DNA from: an uncultured Clostridia bacterium
GTDB lineage: Bacteria; Bacillota; Clostridia; TANB77; CAG-508
DNA length: 64,000 bases
Reading direction: 5' to 3'
Assembly: GCA_934120045.1 (NCBI GenBank)
Contig: CAKOTF010000008.1
Coordinates: 15,534 to 79,533, forward strand
The notes beneath the pieces were generated by a model. The model saw only the letters and a program-made list of their open reading frames with translations. It was not told the DNA's origin and did not search any database. How positions within the stretch are numbered: the first letter of the stretch is position 1; each line of letters begins with the position of its first letter. Of this stretch, positions 32,983 to 43,881 are shown one piece after another. Position numbers and translations under genes: made by a program.

Positions 32983-34047
32983 TTATTCTTCATCTATTGG
33001 TTCTGTATCTTCTTCATCATCAGATGGTAGTTCTTCCCCTAGGCTTTGTTCAAATGCTTTTGCAAAATTGTCTCTAACTTTTTTCTCTATTTCGTCCATT
33101 ATATCTGGATGTTCTTCTAAATATCTTTTTGCATTTTCTCTACCTTGACTAATTCTTTGACCATTATAACTAAACCATGCACCACTTTTTTCTACAATAT
33201 CTAAGTTTACTGCCATATCTAGTATATTTCCAACTTTTGATATTCCTTTTCCATATAATACATCAAATTCTGCTTCTCTAAATGGTGGAGCTACTTTGTT
33301 TTTTATAACTTTTACTCTTACTCTGTTTCCTATAACTTGTCCATCTTGTTTCATCATTTCTGTTTTTCTTATATCCATTCTTACTGAGGCATAAAATTTT
33401 AATGCTCTACCACCTGTTGTTGTTTCTGGATTTCCAAACATTACTCCTATTTTTTCTCTTAATTGGTTAATAAATATAAGTACTGTTTTTGATTTATTTA
33501 TTGCTCCAGCTAATTTTCTTAATGCTTGTGACATTAATCTTGCTTGAAGCCCCATATGTGAATCGCCCATTTCACCATCTATTTCAGCCTTTGGTACTAA
33601 TGCTGCAACAGAGTCTACTACAACTACATCTAATGCGCCACTTCTTACTAATGCTTCTGTTATTTCTAATGCTTGTTCTCCTGTGTCTGGTTGTGATACT
33701 ATTAAATTATCTATATCTACTCCTAATTTTCTTGCATATACTGGGTCTAAAGCATGTTCTGCATCTATAAATGCTGCTTCTCCCCCCATTTTTTGTGCTT
33801 CTGCTATAATATGTAATGCTAATGTTGTTTTTCCTGAAGATTCTGGTCCAAATACTTCAATAATTCTTCCTCTTGGTACTCCTCCAATTCCTAATGCTAT
33901 ATCTAAACTTAAAGCTCCTGTTGGTATTGCTTCTACCTCCATTGCTTTATATTCTCCTAATTTCATTACTGATCCTTTTCCAAATTGTTTTTCTATTTGG
34001 CTCATTGCAACTTCTAGTGCTTTTCTTTTTTCTGCATTTTCTCCCAT
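32983..34047 (-). CDS. recA: recombinase RecA
   Basis: GPESSGKTT Walker A and the overall RecA sequence. Confidence 0.95.
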   Translation of the reverse strand: MGENAEKRKALEVAMSQIEKQFGKGSVMKLGEYKAMEVEAIPTGALSLDIALGIGGVPRGRIIEVFGPESSGKTTLALHIIAEAQKMGGEAAFIDAEHALDPVYARKLGVDIDNLIVSQPDTGEQALEITEALVRSGALDVVVVDSVAALVPKAEIDGEMGDSHMGLQARLMSQALRKLAGAINKSKTVLIFINQLREKIGVMFGNPETTTGGRALKFYASVRMDIRKTEMMKQDGQVIGNRVRVKVIKNKVAPPFREAEFDVLYGKGISKVGNILDMAVNLDIVEKSGAWFSYNGQRISQGRENAKRYLEEHPDIMDEIEKKVRDNFAKAFEQSLGEELPSDDEEDTEPIDEE

Positions 34048-34094
34048 GTTTGTATCTTTCCTTTCTTGAGACTATTTTTGTGTCTCTTTTTCTA

Positions 34095-34142
34095 AACCTT
34101 TGTTCGATATCTATATTATATCTTTTTTTGTTTTTTTGTCAA
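34095..34142 (-). promoter_or_regulatory. recA promoter (TTGACA-16-TATAAT) with a LexA/DinR-type box GAACAAAGGTTT just downstream of -10
   Basis: Minus strand reads cTTGACAaaaaaacaaaaaaagaTATAATatagatatcGAACAAAGGTTTag. The box matches the Gram-positive GAAC-N4-GTTC consensus at 11 of 12 positions. Confidence 0.5.
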
Positions 34143-34175
34143 GCAATTTTATGAAATTTTTTCATAATTTTTTAA

Positions 34176-35765
34176 TTAATTTTTATACCAATTATCTATA
34201 TTAATAAATATATTATACCAATTTACTGGTATACTTCCCTTTAAAGTCCAGTTACTTGCAACTTCATAATAATTACTAAATAATCCTATATATGGTACTT
34301 CATCATTATATATTTGTCTAATTCTTGTATATTTTTCTTTTAATAAATCTTCTTTAGTTATGTTTTTTACTTCATTCATTATTGTACTTAATTCTTCATT
34401 TGAAAAATTTGCTAAATTTCCGTCTCCTAAAAATGTTTCTAAATTTGGACTTAAAGCTAGTGTTACACCAGTTAAAATCATATCATAATTTCTATTATCT
34501 AAATATGATTGATATTGATTATCTGTTGCCTTTACAATTGTTACCTTCATTCCAATATCTTCTAAATTACTTTTAATTATATTAGCAATTGCTACTCTTG
34601 TATCATTAGATGCTTGTACTACAAGTTTAAAATTTATTATCTTAGTACTATAATTAATATATTGTTGCCATCTATTGTATTTATATTCCCAACCATTATC
34701 TTGTAATATTTGAATTGCCATATCTGTATTATATGACATATCTGATTTATCTCCTTGCAACCAGTTTCCATAATCTAAAAAATAATCTTGCGTTCTATAT
34801 TTTCCACCATATACTTGTGAAATTATACTCTCTCTATTTATTGCCCTAGAAATTGCTTGTCTTACTTCTTTATTTGCTAATATTTGATTTTGTGTATTTA
34901 TTGCTAAAAAATCAAATTCTCTTCCGTTCGTTTCTGCTTTATTATATCCTATTGCTCCTATATAATTTTCAATTCCTGTGTTATTTGTTGTTATTAGATC
35001 TATTTTTCCTAATTTAAATGAATTATACATCTCTCCTACATTAGAATATTTAGTTATTGTTATTTTTTCAAGTGTTAAATCAGACCTTTTATAATTTTCA
35101 TTTTTTTCAAGTATTATTGTATCAGAAGAATTTTGGGTTATCTTATATTTTCCAGTTCCAATTGGTGCATTATTACTTGAACCATAAACAAAATCCTGTC
35201 CTTCATAATTTTTTCTGCTCAATATTGGAAATATTAAATTATATTCAAAAAATGGTACTTCTTGGTCTAATACCAATCTTATTGTGTTATCATCAACTTT
35301 ATTTATTTCTGTTATATGTCTAATATTTTCAAGATATATTGAATCTGTTTTTGATAAACTTTCTATTGTAAAAATAACATCATCTACAGATAAATTATTT
35401 CCATCTGACCATTTTATTGAAGTATCTATTTTTATTAAATATTTATTTTCTGCAGTTTCTGCCCAATCTTTTACTAAACATTTTTCAAGTTTATATTCAC
35501 TTGTTAGTTGAAATAATGGTTCATAAATTATCTTCGTTATTTCTTGAACTTGTTTGTTTTTACTTAACAATGGGTTTATTGTATCAAATTCTGCAATTCC
35601 TAATTTTATCTCTTTTATAGTATCATCTTCTTTTACTGTAGTTGCTTGTTCTTCTTTAGGTGTATTTTTCTTTTCATCATTTAATTTATATACAACTAAA
35701 ATGATTATTCCAATTATAAATATTATAAAAATATATTTTGCAAAATTACTTTTCACTTTGATCAT
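34176..35765 (-). CDS. ABC transporter substrate-binding protein, family 5 (oligopeptide/nickel type)
   Basis: 529 aa with N-terminal TM/lipoprotein-like anchor and SBP_bac_5-like sequence. Confidence 0.7.
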   Translation of the reverse strand: MIKVKSNFAKYIFIIFIIGIIILVVYKLNDEKKNTPKEEQATTVKEDDTIKEIKLGIAEFDTINPLLSKNKQVQEITKIIYEPLFQLTSEYKLEKCLVKDWAETAENKYLIKIDTSIKWSDGNNLSVDDVIFTIESLSKTDSIYLENIRHITEINKVDDNTIRLVLDQEVPFFEYNLIFPILSRKNYEGQDFVYGSSNNAPIGTGKYKITQNSSDTIILEKNENYKRSDLTLEKITITKYSNVGEMYNSFKLGKIDLITTNNTGIENYIGAIGYNKAETNGREFDFLAINTQNQILANKEVRQAISRAINRESIISQVYGGKYRTQDYFLDYGNWLQGDKSDMSYNTDMAIQILQDNGWEYKYNRWQQYINYSTKIINFKLVVQASNDTRVAIANIIKSNLEDIGMKVTIVKATDNQYQSYLDNRNYDMILTGVTLALSPNLETFLGDGNLANFSNEELSTIMNEVKNITKEDLLKEKYTRIRQIYNDEVPYIGLFSNYYEVASNWTLKGSIPVNWYNIFINIDNWYKN

Positions 35766-35857
35766 TCCTTTTTCTATTTTCTTTCGTATAGTTATAATAC
35801 ATTATAAACCAAGTTTTTTCAAGTATTTTAATTTAATTTTAGAATTATATAAAAAAT

Positions 35858-35890
35858 GAGGGTTATTCAATAATCCCCCATTTCAATTTA
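35858..35890 (-). terminator. spoVS terminator hairpin (aaatggggg...ccctcattt + U-run)
   Basis: GC-containing inverted repeat immediately after the spoVS stop. Confidence 0.5.
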
Positions 35891-35893
35891 TAT

Positions 35894-36157
35894 TTATTTT
35901 CTTGACTCTACGATCAGTTTTATTCCTGTTCGATCTTCTCCCTCAACCTCTACTTCAGCAAAAGCTGGTATGCAAACTAAATCAACTCCTGATGGTGCTA
36001 CAAATCCTCTTGCTATTGCTACTGCCTTTACTGCTTGATTTAGAGCTCCTGCTCCAATTGCTTGCATTTCTGCCTTGTTTGATTCTTTTACTAATCCTGC
36101 TATAGCTCCTGCTACTGAATTTGGATTAGATTTTGATGAAATTTTTAAGATTTCCAT
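35894..36157 (-). CDS. spoVS: stage V sporulation protein S
   Basis: MEILKISSKSNPNSVAGAIAG...AIGAGALNQAVKAVAIARGF... with AGGAGG 10 nt upstream of this ATG. The track ORF is extended by 12 codons. Confidence 0.85.
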   Translation of the reverse strand: MEILKISSKSNPNSVAGAIAGLVKESNKAEMQAIGAGALNQAVKAVAIARGFVAPSGVDLVCIPAFAEVEVEGEDRTGIKLIVESRK

Positions 36158-36284
36158 TTTTCTTTTGCCTCCTATAATTATTTTTTGTTGCAACTTTTAC
36201 ATTTTGTATTTTACATTATTTAGGAGGTCATGTCTAGTAGTTTTTGGAAATTTTTAGAAATCTTTGTTACAAGTTTCGACAGAA

Positions 36285-37058
36285 TTATCTAATATACATC
36301 CTTTTGATATCAGTAACCTTTGAAGTTGTATCATCAATATTAAATATTACTGCATTTAATATACATTCTCCTTCTGCTAATTTATATTTTTCTGGAAGTG
36401 TTGTTTCAAATCTTTTAATTGATGCTTGTGCATCCATTCCAATTACAGAATTTTTGGGTCCTGTCATTCCTATATCTGTTATATATCCTGTTCCATTTGG
36501 CAAAATTTGTTCATCAGCTGTTTGTACATGTGTATGTGTACCAAATATTGCTGTTATTTTTCCATCTAAATATCTTGCCATAGCAATCTTTTCAGCTGTA
36601 GCTTCTGCATGAAAATCTATTATTATTATATCAACTTGATCTTTTATTTCATTTACCATATCTCTGGCCATTATAAATGGATTTTCTGTTAATATATTTA
36701 TATCAACTCTTCCCATAAAGTTCATTACTGCTATTTTTTTTCCATTACATTCATATATTCCTAGACCTTTTCCAACAACACCTTTTGGATAATTAGCTGG
36801 TCTTAATAATTGTGGATGGTCTATAAATTTAAATATGTCTTTTTTTCCCCATGTGTGATTTCCCATTGTTACTACATTTGTTCCAGCACTTAGCATATCA
36901 TTAAAATTTCTTTCATTTATTCCCATTCCACCAGCAGAGTTTTCTCCATTTGTTATTACAAAGTCTATATTTTCTTCTCTTCTTATTCTTGGTAATTCTT
37001 CTTTTAATTTTCGAACTCCTGATTCTCCAACTATGTCACCTACCGCTAATATTCTCAT
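36285..37058 (-). CDS. ymdB: YmdB-family metallophosphoesterase (2',3'-cNMP phosphodiesterase-like)
   Basis: MRILAVGDIVG... GNHTWGKK, GTHTHVQTADE; SD AGAAGGA before the internal ATG. Confidence 0.8.
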   Translation of the reverse strand: MRILAVGDIVGESGVRKLKEELPRIRREENIDFVITNGENSAGGMGINERNFNDMLSAGTNVVTMGNHTWGKKDIFKFIDHPQLLRPANYPKGVVGKGLGIYECNGKKIAVMNFMGRVDINILTENPFIMARDMVNEIKDQVDIIIIDFHAEATAEKIAMARYLDGKITAIFGTHTHVQTADEQILPNGTGYITDIGMTGPKNSVIGMDAQASIKRFETTLPEKYKLAEGECILNAVIFNIDDTTSKVTDIKRMYIR

Positions 37059-37152
37059 ATTTTTCCTTCTTTCTAAAAGTTTTAATCTTTTACTTCGTGT
37101 CATATTTTACCATTTTATGTCCTATTAGTCAAGGTAATTTTAATTAAAATCC

Positions 37153-37539
37153 CTATTGAGGAGCTCCACCCTTTTTTATATTTCCTTTTTCATCAATAAC
37201 ATATACTCTGCTACTACTTGCTATTCTTATTGTAAATTCTTTTGTTCCTTCATTATACTCAAAAAAAGTAATATCAATATGTTCTTCTAAATGTTTTTTG
37301 AAATTTCTTTTTGCAAGTTTTCCATCATTACTTGAAATTAATGTTTCCTGAATTGCAATCATTATAGCTTCTTTTTCTTCTTTTAATTCAACTGCACTTT
37401 TTACATCATGTGCTTGATCTAATGTTTTATCTTGTCCTGTTAAAGATGATAATGAAACTCCTGCAAGAATCATTATTACAACTATTGTCGTTGCAAGTGC
37501 TATTAGAGTTACTCCGTTTTTGTTTTTTATGAATTTCAT
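37153..37539 (-). CDS. pilin/pseudopilin-like protein with prepilin-type N-terminal hydrophobic segment
   Basis: MKFIKNKNGVTLIALATTIVVIMILAGVSL resembles a class III signal but lacks the Glu at +5. Confidence 0.4.
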   Translation of the reverse strand: MKFIKNKNGVTLIALATTIVVIMILAGVSLSSLTGQDKTLDQAHDVKSAVELKEEKEAIMIAIQETLISSNDGKLAKRNFKKHLEEHIDITFFEYNEGTKEFTIRIASSSRVYVIDEKGNIKKGGAPQ

Positions 37540-37602
37540 ATTTTTTTCCTTTCTAAAACAAATAAGAAAAATTTTTAAGTACTTTCTTATTTATTAAATA
37601 AA

Positions 37603-37630
37603 AAAATAACAAGAAAAATCTTGCTATCTT
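37603..37630 (-). terminator. divIVA terminator, variant member of the AGCAAG/CTTGCT palindrome family
   Basis: Minus strand reads gatagcaaga-tttt-tcttgttat (one G-U pair) followed by a U-run. Confidence 0.45.
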
Positions 37631-38122
37631 TTATTCTTCATCATCTTTGTTTATTTCTTTAATCAACTCTTCTTGAGAAATTAATAATGACTCCATTTTT
37701 GCTTTATAAACATCAAATTGTTTTTTTATTTCTTCAAATCTTCTCTCTTTAATAGCAATTTGTTTATCAATTTCATCTAATTTTTTTAAAGATGTTTCAT
37801 TACCTTCTTTTTGAATTTCTTCTGCTTTAGCTTTAGCTTCATTAACAATTTGATCAGCTTGTTGCTTTGCTACTGTTTTTACTTCTTCAGCTGTTGTTTG
37901 AGCCATAACTAAAGTATTTTGTAATGTTTTTTCTAAATTTTTATATTGTTCCAAATCATTTGTTAGTCTCTCAATTTTTTCGTTTGCTTCAGCTAATTCT
38001 TTATAATTTTTTTCATAATCTACAACTAGTTCATCTAAAAAATCATCAACATCTTCTACATTATATCCATTCATCATTTGTTTGCTAAATTTTTTATTTT
38101 CTATATCTAATGGTGTAATCAT
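37631..38122 (-). CDS. divIVA: cell-division protein DivIVA
   Basis: MITPLDIENKKFSKQMMNGYNVEDVDDFLD... and coiled coil; GGAGG 8 nt before this ATG. Confidence 0.8.
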   Translation of the reverse strand: MITPLDIENKKFSKQMMNGYNVEDVDDFLDELVVDYEKNYKELAEANEKIERLTNDLEQYKNLEKTLQNTLVMAQTTAEEVKTVAKQQADQIVNEAKAKAEEIQKEGNETSLKKLDEIDKQIAIKERRFEEIKKQFDVYKAKMESLLISQEELIKEINKDDEE

Positions 38123-38147
38123 ATTAGAATCCTCCATTTCTATGAAC

Positions 38148-38639
38148 TTAATTTATGTTATTATTTTTTAACCAAGAAACAGATAATTTATTTTTTATTT
38201 CTTCTCTTGCCATTTCATTTGTAATCTCATAATTCATTGGTGCAATTAAAAATATTGAATTTGATATTTTTTGTATATGTCCATCTAAAGCATATACTCC
38301 TCCACTAATAAAATCAACAATTCTTCTTGCTACTTCTTTACTTACATATTCTAAATTTACTATTACAGATTTTTTTTCTTTTAATAAACTACAGATTTCT
38401 TCTGATTGTTCAAATGTAGTTGGTTGTGATATCACCATCTTTATTGCTTGTGCTTGTTGTGTCATAGGTACAACCTTATTATTTTTTCTTCCAAAAAATT
38501 TTCTATCTTCATCTTCTTCATCATAATTATCATATGTATCTACATCATAATCTTCCTCATTAATGTCTTCTGCTTCTGATTGATTATTATTGTTCATTCC
38601 AATAACTCCCCAGATTTTGTCCATTATAGCTCCTGCCAT
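38148..38639 (-). CDS. sepF: cell-division protein SepF
   Basis: C-terminal DUF552 region (VISQPTTFEQSEEICSLLKEKKSVIVNL...GGVYALDG...IFLIAP); GGAGGG 6 nt before the internal ATG. Confidence 0.8.
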   Translation of the reverse strand: MAGAIMDKIWGVIGMNNNNQSEAEDINEEDYDVDTYDNYDEEDEDRKFFGRKNNKVVPMTQQAQAIKMVISQPTTFEQSEEICSLLKEKKSVIVNLEYVSKEVARRIVDFISGGVYALDGHIQKISNSIFLIAPMNYEITNEMAREEIKNKLSVSWLKNNNIN

Positions 38640-38800
38640 CTTAAACCCTCCTAATATTTTTACACTTCCATTTTTATTAGCCAAAATATTTTCCGACTTT
38701 TTTAACCTGCATATAGTATCTAACTTTTTTAGGCTTTTGTCAATAGTTTAGCTTTGTGTTACAGAAATTTAATATTTTTGTAACACATTTGTAACATTTT

Positions 38801-40036
38801 TTATTTTTGAGATCTGATAACTATTTCATCATAATTAGAGATTTTTTTATAATTTTTTATATCTTCTTCATTAACACCTATCTCTTGTAATTCTTTTGTT
38901 TCATATGACGAAATTATAGAAAATGCCTCATTTTGTTTTTGAATTTTTACATAACATTTACTTTCCACACCAGATTTATTTTTTAAAACATAATATATGT
39001 TTTGCCCATTAATATTTTCAAAATATATCGCCTGATTTGGTACTTTAAATCCAGCTTTTTCCCACCATATTACGTTTACTGCAATTTTTCTATGATTAAT
39101 AACAGATGTACTCATTCTATTTACTTCGAAAATTATAGTTCTTTTTCCACTTCCTTCATTTATTTGAACTATTTTAGCATTTTTTTCTTCTTCTGTTCCT
39201 GATAATTTTAAGTTAACACTATCTCCAATTTTAGCACTATTCCCAAGCTCTGTATTTGTCACAACTGCCACATAATATTTAAAATTATCAATAATTTTAC
39301 CACTCTCATTACTTGATGATATTATTTGTCCTGTTTTTAAATCTAGACTTTCAAGAAATGTATCTGTAATTTCTCCCAAATTATCTGCTTTTAATTTTTC
39401 TTCTAAACCATCTACTCTATAAGAAATAATTCCACTTGTTGTTGCATTTTTGTACATTACACCTTTAGTTAATTGATTTTCATATTCTTCTCTATCTTTT
39501 ATTAATTTTTTTATATTTTTATTTGATGTATTTTCTCCAATATATTTTATTTTTTTTGCTATTAATGTATCTATATTATCTTTATATTCTTTTATTTCTT
39601 GATAATTTGATAAATTACTTATTTCGCCTAATTTTTCTTCTATTTGATTTTCTATAACTTTTATATCTGCTGTTGGTACATCATTTTTTTCTTGTTCTAA
39701 TTCATTCTGTATTTGATAATCTATTTGTTTTATGTTTTCCGTTATATCTTTTTCACTATCCTTATAATATCTAAAAACGATTTCATCTTTAGCTACTTTC
39801 TGTCCTTCTGTTGCTATTGCATATATTCCATTTGAATTAGTATCATCTTTTATTACTGTTTCATTTCTAATAATATAACCAACAGTTTCTTCTTCTTCTA
39901 AAATTTCTCCATTTGTCACTACATATATATCTGTTGGATGTATTATAAGTAATATTACTGCATATAAAAAATATATTATTAAACACATGCTTACTATTAT
40001 TGCAAATATTTTCTTAAGTTTCTTCGTTTTTATCAT
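38801..40036 (-). CDS. hypothetical membrane-anchored protein with coiled-coil and beta-rich C-terminus (HlyD/membrane-fusion-like?)
   Basis: 411 aa with N-terminal TM; no definitive motif. Confidence 0.3.
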   Translation of the reverse strand: MIKTKKLKKIFAIIVSMCLIIYFLYAVILLIIHPTDIYVVTNGEILEEEETVGYIIRNETVIKDDTNSNGIYAIATEGQKVAKDEIVFRYYKDSEKDITENIKQIDYQIQNELEQEKNDVPTADIKVIENQIEEKLGEISNLSNYQEIKEYKDNIDTLIAKKIKYIGENTSNKNIKKLIKDREEYENQLTKGVMYKNATTSGIISYRVDGLEEKLKADNLGEITDTFLESLDLKTGQIISSSNESGKIIDNFKYYVAVVTNTELGNSAKIGDSVNLKLSGTEEEKNAKIVQINEGSGKRTIIFEVNRMSTSVINHRKIAVNVIWWEKAGFKVPNQAIYFENINGQNIYYVLKNKSGVESKCYVKIQKQNEAFSIISSYETKELQEIGVNEEDIKNYKKISNYDEIVIRSQK

Positions 40037-40054
40037 CTCCTATCATTTTAGATA

Positions 40055-40978
40055 TTACTTGTTTATTTCTTGTTCTATAATATTAATGTTATGCTCTATT
40101 TTTTCAAGTCCGTCTATCCAAATAGTTTCTTTGTTTTTTCTAAACCATGTCAATTGTCTTTTGGCATATCTTCTGCTTTCTTGCTTGATTTTCTCAATCA
40201 TCTCATCTCTTGTAATTTGATTTTGTAAATATTCAACAACTTCTTTATATCCTAACCCTTGCATTGCTGTTGGAAAATGGTCATATTTTTTTTTCAAATT
40301 TTCAACCTCTTCAATTAAACCATTTTCTATCATTTTATCAACTCTTATATTAATTCTTTCATATAATTTTTCTCTATTCATATTAATTGCAAATACTTTA
40401 TATTCATATTTTATTTCTTTTTTTCTTGATTCGATTTCTTGTTCTGTTTTTGTTTTACCTGTAGCATGGTATATTTCTAGTACTCTTATTATTCTTTTTT
40501 TATCATTTGGACTAATTTTTTGCATTGCCTGTTTATCAATTTCTTTTGCTTTATTGTATAAAAATTCTAATCCTTTTTCATCAGCTTCTTTTTCTAATCT
40601 TTTTCTGTATTCTTCATCAAATTTTATTTCTGGATATTCTATTCCATATATTAGAGAATCAACATATAATCCTGTTCCACCAACAATTATCGGAATTTTT
40701 CCTTTATTTATAATTGTTTCTATCGCTTTTTCAGCATCATTTTTATAGTCTGCAACACTATATCTTGTATCTGGTGATACAAAATCTATCATATAATGTC
40801 GAATTCCCTGCATTTCTTCTTTTGTTACTTTTGCTGTTCCTATATTCATGTCTTTATATATTTGCATAGAATCACAAGAAATTATTTCTCCATCTATTTT
40901 TTTTGCTAATTCTATTGATAATGCCGTTTTTCCAGATGCTGTTGGTCCACATATTACAATTACTTTTGGCTTATACAT
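40055..40978 (-). CDS. miaA: tRNA dimethylallyltransferase MiaA
   Basis: GPTASGKT P-loop and MiaA-like sequence. Confidence 0.9.
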   Translation of the reverse strand: MYKPKVIVICGPTASGKTALSIELAKKIDGEIISCDSMQIYKDMNIGTAKVTKEEMQGIRHYMIDFVSPDTRYSVADYKNDAEKAIETIINKGKIPIIVGGTGLYVDSLIYGIEYPEIKFDEEYRKRLEKEADEKGLEFLYNKAKEIDKQAMQKISPNDKKRIIRVLEIYHATGKTKTEQEIESRKKEIKYEYKVFAINMNREKLYERINIRVDKMIENGLIEEVENLKKKYDHFPTAMQGLGYKEVVEYLQNQITRDEMIEKIKQESRRYAKRQLTWFRKNKETIWIDGLEKIEHNINIIEQEINK

Positions 40979-40997
40979 TTTTGCTCCATTTCTATAA

Positions 40998-41429
40998 TTA
41001 TTTAATCATGTTATAATTATTTAAGATTCCATTTTGTGTATTTTTTAGATAAATAAATTCTATTATAATTAGTATAATAAATGTAATTAAAGACTTCTTT
41101 ATTTTTTTTTCACATTCTTCTTTAGTTATTTTTTCATTTTTGCTCTCATTTATTATTCTTGTAACATTTGGTAATAATAAAATTCCATTTATTGGTGTAA
41201 ATATCAGTACTAATGTTTTCATTGCTATTGTTTTACTTTTACTGTTTGGATACTCTATTCCTATTGAAGAAATATTAAATAATATTATTGTAACTACAAA
41301 GCATAAAAGAATTTCAATTAAGAATATTATAATTTTATATTTTAACCCTATCCCATTTAATCCGTTATAAATAATTATACCTAATACAAAAAATAGTATT
41401 ATTGATATTATAGTAATTAGTACATTCAT
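40998..41429 (-). CDS. hypothetical polytopic membrane protein
   Basis: 143 aa, 4 predicted TM helices, between mutL and miaA. Confidence 0.4.
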   Translation of the reverse strand: MNVLITIISIILFFVLGIIIYNGLNGIGLKYKIIIFLIEILLCFVVTIILFNISSIGIEYPNSKSKTIAMKTLVLIFTPINGILLLPNVTRIINESKNEKITKEECEKKIKKSLITFIILIIIEFIYLKNTQNGILNNYNMIK

Positions 41430-41444
41430 TATATTAGTCCTTTC

Positions 41445-43802
41445 TTATTTTCTAGAAAATTTTCTTTCTATATCATATTTAGACATTTTTATTGCTATTG
41501 GATTTACATTTGAATTGTCAAATGGTTCTGGTAGTGATAACAGTTTTTCTATTATACTTTGAATTTCTTCTTTTGTGTTATTGATATTTTCACTTTCAAC
41601 AACCTTTTGGGCAACTGTTTTTAAAAATTTTTCTTCTATTTCTTTTTTTTCTGTTCTAGCAACAGAATTTATTTCTTTTAAAATTTCTAAAAATAATTCT
41701 TTCGTCTCCATTTCAACACATATTTCTGGAACTTCAGTCAATTTTATAGTATCTTCTCCAAATGGTTCAAATACAAAACCTGCTTTATTTAACATTTCTA
41801 TATTATCTTTTGCTATTTCCATATCTTTTTTGGATAATGTTATAACATCTGGTAATAATAATAATTGCGATGAATTTGCTTTTTCATTATAATAATTATT
41901 TTTTAATGCTTCATATAAAATTCTTTCTCTTGCCTTTTTTTGATTTAATATATACATATCTTGATTTATTTCTAATATAGCATATTTCTCAAATGCAATT
42001 CCTATAAATTTATAATTTACTTTCTGATTTTCTGGAAATTTATCAAATATTGATATATTGCCAACTGTTGTTGCCATATCATCAATATTATTTTCTTGCT
42101 TTACTTCAATTTTTTTCTGTTCTTCTAATGGCTTTGTTCCAAACATTTTCATATACATTTCTTCAAATTCTGGTGAGAACCTAGTTTTCTTTTCCACTAC
42201 ATTTTCTTTTTCTATCTTTTCTTCATCATGTTGAATTTTGTATTTAACTTGTTCTGTTTTTGGTTGAGCAATTTTATCATCTTGCTTATCTTCTATTGTT
42301 TCATAATTATATTTTTCAGTGTTTAAATTCTCACTTACTTGTTGTTCTGACTCTTGAAGTACAGGAATATTATACTTTGTTTCTTCTTTTTTACTTTCTT
42401 CAGAAATTTTTGAAGAATTTTGACTTAATTCTTTTACTTCTTCTGTACTTTTTACTTTTTCTACATTAATTTCTTCGTTTCTATTTCCATAAGTTTCATT
42501 TAATACTTTTTGTTTTAATTCTTGTAATTTTCTCAATACTTCCTGATTTTTGTCATATACTTCATTTCCAATAAATTTAGAATTTTCAACAATTTGATCT
42601 TGTTTTATTTGTGCATCTTCTACTTTTTCTTCTACTTTTTCTTCTTCTTTTTGGACTTCATTTTTTTCTATTTGTGTGCTATCATTTTCCACATTTTCTT
42701 TAAGCTGTTCTTCAATCAATCCCATTTCTTGAAGTTTTCTTTGATTATATATTTGTTCTACAATAGTTTCTTTTCTTGGTTGAAATTCATTTTTTTCTTC
42801 TGCATTATTATTTTCATCAGACAATAGTTTCTCTTTTATTGAATTATATACTGCTTTAAATATTGTATTTTCGTTTTCAAATCTTACTTCTAATTTTGCA
42901 GGATGAACATTTACATCAACTTTTCTTGGATTCATATCTATATTTAATACTGCAAATGCAAATTTTCCAGATGGTATGTAATCTTTATATGCTCTTTCTG
43001 TTGCTGATGATAATACCTTGTCTTTTACATATCTTTTGTTTACAAAAAATATTTGGTTTGATCTATTTGATCTTGCGATTTCTGGTTTTCCTATAACTCC
43101 ATATATATGTATATCTTCTAATTCATAATCTACATCAATTATAGAATTTGCAACTGTTTTTCCATATAAACTATATATTACTGTTTTTAAATCTCCATTT
43201 CCATTTGTTTGAATTACTGTTCTTCCTGTATTTATTAGTTTTAAAGCTATTTCAGGATGTGCTAATGCTATTCTTGATATTGTATCTTCTATATATCCAG
43301 CTTCTGTAAAGTCTTTTCTTAGAAATTTATATCTTACTGGTGTATTATAGAATAGATTTGTTACAGTTATTGTTGTTCCAACTCCTGCTCCAGTTTCAGA
43401 TTTTTCTATTATATTTCCACCTTCAACAACTATTCTTTGTCCATTTTGTTGCATAGCTGTTTTTGAGACTAATTCTACTTTTGAAATTGCAGCAATACTT
43501 GCCAATGCTTCTCCACGGAACCCCATAGATTTTACTGTGCTTAAATCTTCTGCTGATCTTATTTTACTTGTTGCATGTCTTTCAAATGCTATTTCTAAAT
43601 CATCTTCTGCAATTCCTTTTCCATTGTCTGTTATACGTATATATGATATTCCACCATTTTTTATTTCTACTGTTATATTTGTTGCTCCTGCATCTATTGA
43701 ATTTTCTACCATTTCTTTTATTGCTGATGCTGGTCTTTCTATTACTTCTCCAGCAGCTATTTTATTTATTGTTAAATCATCTAATAATACTATGTTTCCC
43801 AT
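41445..43802 (-). CDS. mutL: DNA mismatch repair protein MutL
   Basis: GHKL ATPase N-terminus (AAGEVIERPASAIKEMVENSIDAG), a long K/E-rich linker, and a C-terminal dimerisation domain. Confidence 0.9.
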   Translation of the reverse strand: MGNIVLLDDLTINKIAAGEVIERPASAIKEMVENSIDAGATNITVEIKNGGISYIRITDNGKGIAEDDLEIAFERHATSKIRSAEDLSTVKSMGFRGEALASIAAISKVELVSKTAMQQNGQRIVVEGGNIIEKSETGAGVGTTITVTNLFYNTPVRYKFLRKDFTEAGYIEDTISRIALAHPEIALKLINTGRTVIQTNGNGDLKTVIYSLYGKTVANSIIDVDYELEDIHIYGVIGKPEIARSNRSNQIFFVNKRYVKDKVLSSATERAYKDYIPSGKFAFAVLNIDMNPRKVDVNVHPAKLEVRFENENTIFKAVYNSIKEKLLSDENNNAEEKNEFQPRKETIVEQIYNQRKLQEMGLIEEQLKENVENDSTQIEKNEVQKEEEKVEEKVEDAQIKQDQIVENSKFIGNEVYDKNQEVLRKLQELKQKVLNETYGNRNEEINVEKVKSTEEVKELSQNSSKISEESKKEETKYNIPVLQESEQQVSENLNTEKYNYETIEDKQDDKIAQPKTEQVKYKIQHDEEKIEKENVVEKKTRFSPEFEEMYMKMFGTKPLEEQKKIEVKQENNIDDMATTVGNISIFDKFPENQKVNYKFIGIAFEKYAILEINQDMYILNQKKARERILYEALKNNYYNEKANSSQLLLLPDVITLSKKDMEIAKDNIEMLNKAGFVFEPFGEDTIKLTEVPEICVEMETKELFLEILKEINSVARTEKKEIEEKFLKTVAQKVVESENINNTKEEIQSIIEKLLSLPEPFDNSNVNPIAIKMSKYDIERKFSRK

Positions 43803-43881
43803 ATTATTCCTTGCCTTATGTAAATTTATTTAGGTTTATTTTGCTACCTATAAACATGGTTATATTCTATAATAAAAAAAT

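Noticed and set aside
42280-42830. Apparent nucleotide-level repetitiveness (ttcttc/ttttct runs) in the middle of mutL
   Set aside because: It is the K/E-rich low-complexity linker coding region of MutL, not a non-coding tandem repeat.
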